51,483 nt of DNA, from positions 1 through 51,483 of the forward strand of contig CAYRWQ010000003.1 of the NCBI GenBank assembly GCA_964428075.1, in the 5' to 3' direction. Position 1 is the first letter of the stretch, and each line of letters begins with the position of its first letter. A program made the translations under genes and the position numbers. The stretch is from an uncultured Bdellovibrionales bacterium (lineage in GTDB: Bacteria > Patescibacteriota > Minisyncoccia > Moranbacterales > UBA1568). This document shows, one piece after another, positions 45,748 to 51,483 of this stretch. The notes under the pieces were generated by a model. The model saw nothing but the letters and a program-made list of their open reading frames with translations, was not told where the DNA came from and searched no databases.

Positions 45748-47076
45748 TTATTTCCGCTCTGCCAATTGCACCTTCACATTCTGAGTATCCCCCTTGTGCC
45801 ACACTTTCAGTGAAATATCATCACCCACATTCTTCTCTGCAACAATACTCGTAATCTGATGCCCCTCATCAACTTTCTCTCCATCTATCTCAAGAATAAT
45901 ATCGTTTTCAACAATACCCGCCTTATCGGCTGGCGATCCCGGAATCACAGCAAAATCCGTCATTTTCTGCCCACGAATGATCAATGCACCATAGTTGAAC
46001 GGGAGGCTATTCTCCTTGGCAATGGCCTCATTCAAAATGATATACCGCACACCGAGATACGGCGTTGAGATTTTCCCCGTCGTCTTCACTTGCTCAATAA
46101 TACGTTTCACTTGATTCATAGGAAGCGCGAAAGCAATATTTTCCGCTCCCTGCGCCATGGCCACATTCATACCTATCACTTCACCAGAGAGATTGAACAG
46201 CGGCCCTCCCGAGTTACCTGGATTGATCGCGGCATCAGTCTGAAAAATTCCCGAGAGCTGCTCAGATCGACCGAGTCCCGCTCCGGCAGATACTTCACGC
46301 TTCAAACCAGAAATGATACCCCGCGTCACCGAGTTTTCAAACTCCCCAAGAGGATTCCCGATAGCAATCACGGTTTGTCCGACTTTCACCCGATCGGAAT
46401 CCCCAAAATCAAGTGCCGGGAAACCCGAACCCTCTATCCTCAGCACCGCGATATCATGCGCAGGATCACGCGCTAACACTACCGCCGCATGCTCCTTCCC
46501 ATCATAAGTCATGACCGTATACTCTGCATCCGCATCCGCCACCACATGTTTGTTCGTTACAATCAAACCATCCGGTGAGACAAAAAAGCCAGACCCGCTC
46601 CCTATCTGTCGCTTCTCGGTACCACCTGAGCCACGCTGCAGCGGGGCAATACCGTTCGAATCAAACAGATCAAAGAAAAACGGGTTCTGGAAAAAGGTTC
46701 GTGCCTTAGGAACATCTTTCGAAATAACAATACTCACGACTCCCGGAGCATTCCGTTCAACCAAACTCACTACGACGTCATCGTCCAATAACCGCTCGCC
46801 TGCATATTGAGATTTCTCGACATCGGATTGAGTATCTCCAGTACTCGACATATCAAAAAGCGTCTGCTCTTGAAGCATTCTCGTAAAAAATGGAGCTGTA
46901 GACCCTCCAATGAAACCGAAAAATGCAGCTACAAACAGCAGGATAAACAACTTCGCGCCTTCCTTTTTCAAGCGAGCATGCTCAGTCGCACGGCCCGAAT
47001 CCAGCGAACTGGACTCCCGTGCCGCTTCTCCAAAACGAGACGATTCTTCTGTTTGATTTTCCATATTATTTTCCAT
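45748..47076 (-). CDS. htrA: HtrA/DegP-family serine protease with PDZ domain (canonical triad)
   Basis: It has a TM anchor, then the His (VTNKHVV), Asp (HDIAVLRI) and Ser (NPGNSGGPL) motifs and one PDZ domain (GSPADKAGIVENDIILEIDGE). Confidence 0.9.
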   Translation of the reverse strand: MENNMENQTEESSRFGEAARESSSLDSGRATEHARLKKEGAKLFILLFVAAFFGFIGGSTAPFFTRMLQEQTLFDMSSTGDTQSDVEKSQYAGERLLDDDVVVSLVERNAPGVVSIVISKDVPKARTFFQNPFFFDLFDSNGIAPLQRGSGGTEKRQIGSGSGFFVSPDGLIVTNKHVVADADAEYTVMTYDGKEHAAVVLARDPAHDIAVLRIEGSGFPALDFGDSDRVKVGQTVIAIGNPLGEFENSVTRGIISGLKREVSAGAGLGRSEQLSGIFQTDAAINPGNSGGPLFNLSGEVIGMNVAMAQGAENIAFALPMNQVKRIIEQVKTTGKISTPYLGVRYIILNEAIAKENSLPFNYGALIIRGQKMTDFAVIPGSPADKAGIVENDIILEIDGEKVDEGHQITSIVAEKNVGDDISLKVWHKGDTQNVKVQLAERK

Positions 47077-47165
47077 AGGAAAGTAATTACATCCTATAAG
47101 CTAGACATGTTATACATTGCCCTGACTGATACACTCGCGCCATAACATAATACATATCGCCCTAC

Positions 47166-48215
47166 CTATAATCCAGACGATGTATGCTCTTCTGGATTTT
47201 CAAGCATCTCGTGTTCAAAACGCTTCATCTCTTCACTGCGGAACTCAATACTTGCGTTCTCAGCATCCCAAACATACTCACGAGACAGAATTATGGGTGG
47301 AGAGGCGCGCATTTTTTCGACCAAAAAGTCGACTATCGTTTTCTTTTTGGTGAACACTTGTTTCAAGCGGTACAAAATCGTCTCTCCCTCTTGTTTTGTC
47401 TCCTCAACTACAATGATATGGAAACCAAGTTCGCTCTCGGCCACCTCACCAACGACACCAATTTTTTGCTTCGCCACTGGATTTTGCAGTGACTTCGAAA
47501 GATGCTCCAAGGCAAACCAACCAAGGCTCCCACCAGTATCCTTCGTTCTCCCCTCTGAGTACTGCTGTACTACAGTATCAAAAGGCACTCCGTTTTGCAG
47601 AGCCGCTCGAGCCTCTTTAATACGCCCTTCTGCTCTGCTGCGACTATCGGTTTCCTGGTCAATTGCCTGCATAAGCCGTTCCTCATACAATTCCGGCATC
47701 ACCACTTTCGTTTCAAAATCGTCCATTGTCCATCGATACAATCTCTCCAAACTTGCCTCAATGTTCTCCGCCGTACCACCGGATTCATCTAACTTACGAC
47801 GCACGCCGTCCCGCGCTGCTGCCTGTGTAACCACGATGCTTCGCTCATGAGCCAAAAGCATCACTATGCGATCTTCGAGTGCCTTATTTAATACTCCTTT
47901 CTCGCGAACACGAAGGCGTTTCATCCCCTCATCGGTCGAAAAATCAATCCGAACACCATACTTTGACAAATCCTGTACCTGATAAAAGTGACGTACCGCA
48001 TCAACATCTTCCGCAATCTCCTGAGTAGTAATAATATTGCGAGGTGAAATAATCACCAAAGGCAAGGGCAATGTATCTCGGATCGCTTCTCCAACGCGAT
48101 TCCCCTCTGGCAAGACGTATCCAGAAACACACACGAATACCAACAACAAACCCGAAATCGTTATCGTAATGATGACTCCGGAAAGTAATGTGATATTTTT
48201 TCTTTGCTGGTGCAT
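47166..48215 (-). CDS. Membrane-anchored peptidyl-prolyl isomerase, parvulin/PpiC type (PrsA/SurA-like)
   Basis: It has an N-terminal TM anchor, a chaperone-like helical region, and a parvulin core (TGGSLGWFALEHL...ESELGFHIIVVEE). Confidence 0.8.
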   Translation of the reverse strand: MHQQRKNITLLSGVIITITISGLLLVFVCVSGYVLPEGNRVGEAIRDTLPLPLVIISPRNIITTQEIAEDVDAVRHFYQVQDLSKYGVRIDFSTDEGMKRLRVREKGVLNKALEDRIVMLLAHERSIVVTQAAARDGVRRKLDESGGTAENIEASLERLYRWTMDDFETKVVMPELYEERLMQAIDQETDSRSRAEGRIKEARAALQNGVPFDTVVQQYSEGRTKDTGGSLGWFALEHLSKSLQNPVAKQKIGVVGEVAESELGFHIIVVEETKQEGETILYRLKQVFTKKKTIVDFLVEKMRASPPIILSREYVWDAENASIEFRSEEMKRFEHEMLENPEEHTSSGL

Positions 48216-48227
48216 AAACGCTCTATT

Positions 48228-48644
48228 TTAGAGTACTCCCCGATCCGCAAACAGTATTTTCCACCATTTATAATAATTCGGCAATCGAAACGTAATCGTC
48301 CGACCGGTACTAATAGTAGGAATAACACTTTCTTGTCCCTCGATTTCTGTATCAGAAAAGGTTTTTACTGCGACCACTGACTCCCCAATCCTTTTTAAAC
48401 CCAATTTCTCTTTCGCCTCCCGCTCCTCGAAACTGTCCGAGGAAAAATATTCTATCTTCTCACGCAAAGTCGCATTCTCTCGATCAATACGTTGCGCATC
48501 AGCCTCGAGTTGTCGTATCTCGCTGTCGATTACTCCGGTACGCTGAAAAAATTGGTACGACGCACTCCCTACCCAAACGGCAAACCCCAGAGCCCCCACT
48601 AAGGCCGCTCGTACCCAGAGAGTCCTCGTGTTCATAGACAACAA
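48228..48644 (-). CDS. Septum formation initiator (FtsB/DivIC family)
   Basis: It has a single TM helix followed by a coiled coil (EIRQLEADAQRIDRENATLREKIEYF) and the family-typical SDSFEEREAKEKLGLKRIGE. Confidence 0.8.
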   Translation of the reverse strand: MLSMNTRTLWVRAALVGALGFAVWVGSASYQFFQRTGVIDSEIRQLEADAQRIDRENATLREKIEYFSSDSFEEREAKEKLGLKRIGESVVAVKTFSDTEIEGQESVIPTISTGRTITFRLPNYYKWWKILFADRGVL

Positions 48645-48835
48645 TATTCTGCAAATAAACTAATAATACATGAGTGGTGCCACAAGAAACGCAATCATCG
48701 AAAGTGCTACTAAAACCGAAAGAATCACCCAAAAAATATAGGCTCGTCGATGCCATTTTCGAAAACTCATACCCAATCAAGATCACTACTTACAGATTCT
48801 AGAATACCAAAAAAACGTCTAACAAGCAAAAAGAA

Positions 48836-50893
48836 TCAAGCATCTGTTTGGGAATCCGTTATTTTTCTCACCGTATTGATCATGGAACGAACATCTTCCA
48901 AGTCAACATTCGGTCTTTTCTGAAATGCCTTGAATCTTTTAGGTTGAATATACTGTGCTTGCGAAAGAGACATGGGCGCCTCGCTGGGTACATAACGCCC
49001 AGACTGTGAGACCTCTCTTTCTGGTATGCGAGGATGCGTTGGCATGGTTGCCGTTTTTCTCATCGCTGCTCCTTCTGGTCTCTCACCGTTTTTCACTCGT
49101 ACTTTCGCGACTGTACGTTGATAATCTTTCAAACAATCCCGACAAAAAGTCGGTCGTGTCGGAATCGGCTGAAATGGGACAGTGATATCAAGACCACAGG
49201 TAGCACATACGGCTGGATACACTTGTTTCTCCGCCGATGCGAGATATTCATGTGCCGGAACTGGTGCCGGAACACTTTTCACAATGTTCTCTGGCGGACG
49301 AAAAGCCGATGCTCCTGACAATGAGAGCCCTCGCTGATGGATCCTTTCGTCACCGACTGTCTTGATGTCTTTCGTTGGAGAAAGAGTATCCGACACAGGA
49401 TATTTTGGTACTGGCGCACTCACCTCCGATGACACGGCCGGTGTGCCAGCATACGGTCTTGATACTACTCTTCTCTGTGGCGTCAATGGAGCGGATGGCT
49501 GACTCACTTGGTTCGCTGAGCGAGTATTCGATTCTCTTCCCGGAGCAGCACGCTGACCCCCCGCGTCCTTCTCGGGTAGCGACGGCCTGTATACCGCCAT
49601 CTTTTCCTCCTCGGTCAACATACCACTCCACCGACGAATTTTATCTTCCACCTCGTTCTTATCAGAGGCATAGCGTTCACGCGATATACGGATCACCTTA
49701 GACTCATTTTCCTTCGTATGCTCAAGGGTAATAGGGGCCAGTGAGACCGCACTGAAGGCATCCCCCGCAATACCATCAATCATGAGTTTGATATAAATAT
49801 GGTACTTTGGCAGGTTAACAATATCATTCATCAGAAAAACCGGATCAAATTCCTTTTCCAGAAACTCAGCATCCATCGCCCCGACCCGGAAGGAAATGAT
49901 GGTTCCTGCGTTCCCAAAAATAGCATCTCGTACCTTCTCATCAATTTGCGCGACATACTGATTTGCCAAAATCAAATTCAGATGATATTTCCGGGCCTCA
50001 GAAAGAATATTCGCGAAAGATTCCGTCGCAAAGTTCTGGAACTCATCGACATACAGATAAAAATCTGATCGATCCTCTTCGGGCATATCGACCCGACCCA
50101 TAGCCGCCAGTTGAATCTTGGTAATCATCATAGCTCCCAGTAGAGCGCTATTATCCTCGCCAATCCGTCCTTTGGAAAGATTCATGATAAGGATCTTACG
50201 ATTATCCATCGCCTCGCGCACATCAAAGGACGAAACTGTCTGACCCACGATATTACGAATAAGCGCACTCGACAAAAACTGTCCAACTTTGTTCTGAATC
50301 GGTGAAATAACCTCCTGTAAAACCCGATCATTCCATTTAGAGAACTCATCTACCCAAAAACTCTTCACAACCGGATCTGTCACTTTTTGTACCACGCGAT
50401 CACGATATGTCTTGTCTACCAAAATACGCGTGACACCCAACAGAGTCGAACCGGGATACTCCAACAGCGCCATAATGGCATTCCGCAAAATATACTCCAA
50501 TCGCGGTCCCCAAGAATCAGCCCAGATTTTCTTAAACACCCCAACAAGCCCCGAAGCCACTAAATGACGATATTCTGGAGCCACTTTCTCCATGACGTTA
50601 AACGCAATAGGGAAATCCTGATCAGACGGATTGAAATAGATAACATCATTAATCCGATTGGCTGGGATTGCTTTGATCAGCTTCTCGGCCGTATCTCCGT
50701 GTGGATCAATGAAGGCTACTCCGTGACCCTTCTGAATATCCTGTATAACCAGATTCTCCAGAAGATTCGTCTTTCCCATACCGGTCTTGCCGATCACATA
50801 CATGTGTCGACGCCGATCATCAGTTTTGATGCCAAATACTCGCTCCTGATTACGGAAATTTGTTTTCGCGAAAAAAGCGATGTCATTCTGCAT
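48836..50893 (-). CDS. Soluble VirD4/TraD/TrwB-like (FtsK-HerA superfamily) P-loop ATPase with long Pro/Ser-rich linker and C-terminal CxxC-x17-CxxC zinc ribbon
   Basis: It has Walker A VIGKTGMGKTN and a Walker B-like FYLYVDEFQNF, with ANQYVAQ following. After about residue 440 comes a low-complexity P/S/A/R region, then CATCGLDITVPFQPIPTRPTFCRDC. There is no N-terminal TM helix. Confidence 0.7.
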   Translation of the reverse strand: MQNDIAFFAKTNFRNQERVFGIKTDDRRRHMYVIGKTGMGKTNLLENLVIQDIQKGHGVAFIDPHGDTAEKLIKAIPANRINDVIYFNPSDQDFPIAFNVMEKVAPEYRHLVASGLVGVFKKIWADSWGPRLEYILRNAIMALLEYPGSTLLGVTRILVDKTYRDRVVQKVTDPVVKSFWVDEFSKWNDRVLQEVISPIQNKVGQFLSSALIRNIVGQTVSSFDVREAMDNRKILIMNLSKGRIGEDNSALLGAMMITKIQLAAMGRVDMPEEDRSDFYLYVDEFQNFATESFANILSEARKYHLNLILANQYVAQIDEKVRDAIFGNAGTIISFRVGAMDAEFLEKEFDPVFLMNDIVNLPKYHIYIKLMIDGIAGDAFSAVSLAPITLEHTKENESKVIRISRERYASDKNEVEDKIRRWSGMLTEEEKMAVYRPSLPEKDAGGQRAAPGRESNTRSANQVSQPSAPLTPQRRVVSRPYAGTPAVSSEVSAPVPKYPVSDTLSPTKDIKTVGDERIHQRGLSLSGASAFRPPENIVKSVPAPVPAHEYLASAEKQVYPAVCATCGLDITVPFQPIPTRPTFCRDCLKDYQRTVAKVRVKNGERPEGAAMRKTATMPTHPRIPEREVSQSGRYVPSEAPMSLSQAQYIQPKRFKAFQKRPNVDLEDVRSMINTVRKITDSQTDA

Positions 50894-50899
50894 ACGTTA

Positions 50900-51483
50900 C
50901 TATTCTTGAATAGGGAGATTAGTCGGGGCACTACCACGCTTCGCGGATACTCGCGCAAGCGTCGGAGCGACCACACTCATATCTGGCAGATGAAAAACCG
51001 TTGCCAATTCCTCAGAACTCAAAATAAACTTCGTCTCACCCGGATCACCATCGCGTGTAATATAACGACGAAATATTCGACGCTGCCGATAACGGAGTCG
51101 CTGATTCTCCATCACATACGAAGCGTATGTCTTCGAATCATCATTCGGTTTAAAACCATTCAGGTTCTGATCAGAAAACTGTTTAATCGCTCCCATAATT
51201 GGAGTAACCCCAATCGCCTTCGAAAAATTGTCCCGACGCCCAAGGTACACAAGCCGCATACGAACCTTAAACATTTGTTTTCCAAGATTCGCTTGCAGTG
51301 CTTTCAAAACCTCCTTTTCTCCAGGACTCAGACGAAATTCCAATGGTTGCTCATCTTTCTTTTCCGCTGCATAAGAGTAGAACCCGGGCTCTGAAAGCGT
51401 CACACCCGAAGGAATATGACGAATGACATCCCATATATCCATGAAGAACATTTTCAATACCCCTATTTCGTCTGGCTTCTGTC
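50900..51483 (-). CDS. Hypothetical protein, C-terminal part only (open to the right edge); probable partner of the VirD4-like ATPase
   Basis: The frame stays open upstream of the track start (a TTG at 51457) to position 51483. The stop lies 6 nt before the ATPase ATG. The sequence contains FKVRMRLVYLG and FILSSEELATVFHLP. I can assign no family. Confidence 0.55.
   Translation of the reverse strand, partial: QKPDEIGVLKMFFMDIWDVIRHIPSGVTLSEPGFYSYAAEKKDEQPLEFRLSPGEKEVLKALQANLGKQMFKVRMRLVYLGRRDNFSKAIGVTPIMGAIKQFSDQNLNGFKPNDDSKTYASYVMENQRLRYRQRRIFRRYITRDGDPGETKFILSSEELATVFHLPDMSVVAPTLARVSAKRGSAPTNLPIQE

Noticed and set aside
50564-51394. 276-aa plus-strand ORF at the right edge
   Set aside because: It is antisense to the VirD4-like ATPase and its partner gene. 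Its product has an odd composition rich in I/R/L/T and no SD. The minus-strand genes have clear motifs.
1-51483. CRISPR arrays, rRNA genes, IS elements, integrases, prophage blocks
   Set aside because: I saw no regularly spaced direct repeats and no rRNA-like segments. I saw no transposase or integrase motifs (DDE, or Tyr recombinase R-H-R-Y) in any listed ORF. The only repeats noticed are the 19-bp tandem pair and the two CIRCE sites.

Overview
Dense 51.5-kb bacterial window with about 50 protein genes and one tRNA. It uses the standard genetic code: TAA, TAG and TGA all terminate confident genes. Most content is housekeeping: tsaD, rtcB, rnhB, cysS, dnaB, recR, rplU, yidD, and a hrcA-grpE-dnaK operon plus clpB, both under CIRCE operators. 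There are two cell-envelope glycan clusters (8.7-16.4 kb and 34.5-40.6 kb) with GT1/GT2/GT-C glycosyltransferases, a Wzx-type flippase, two O-antigen-ligase-like proteins and an LCP protein. An envelope proteostasis and division block encodes PpiC, HtrA, FtsB/DivIC and an S41 protease. From 32.7 kb to the right edge every gene is on the minus strand. My inference, not shown by the sequence alone, is a reduced-genome Patescibacteria/CPR-like lineage. The gene set suggesting this is a compact HrcA, many GT-C/LCP envelope genes, and a soluble VirD4/TraD-like ATPase with a C-terminal CxxC-x17-CxxC ribbon. No CRISPR array, rRNA, transposase or integrase was seen. The most notable items are listed here. 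(1) An HtrA paralog lacks all three catalytic residues and lies in the CIRCE-controlled clpB unit. (2) A split VirD4/TraD-like ATPase module sits at the right edge. (3) A compositionally mosaic orphan islet occupies the position where dnaJ normally follows dnaK. (4) Two small, well-signalled ORFs are each interrupted by one in-frame stop. (5) A CorA homolog has AMT in place of the GMN selectivity motif. (6) Several GC-deviant orphan genes have their own promoter, SD or terminator signals. All functional calls come from motif recognition by eye; no database search was run.
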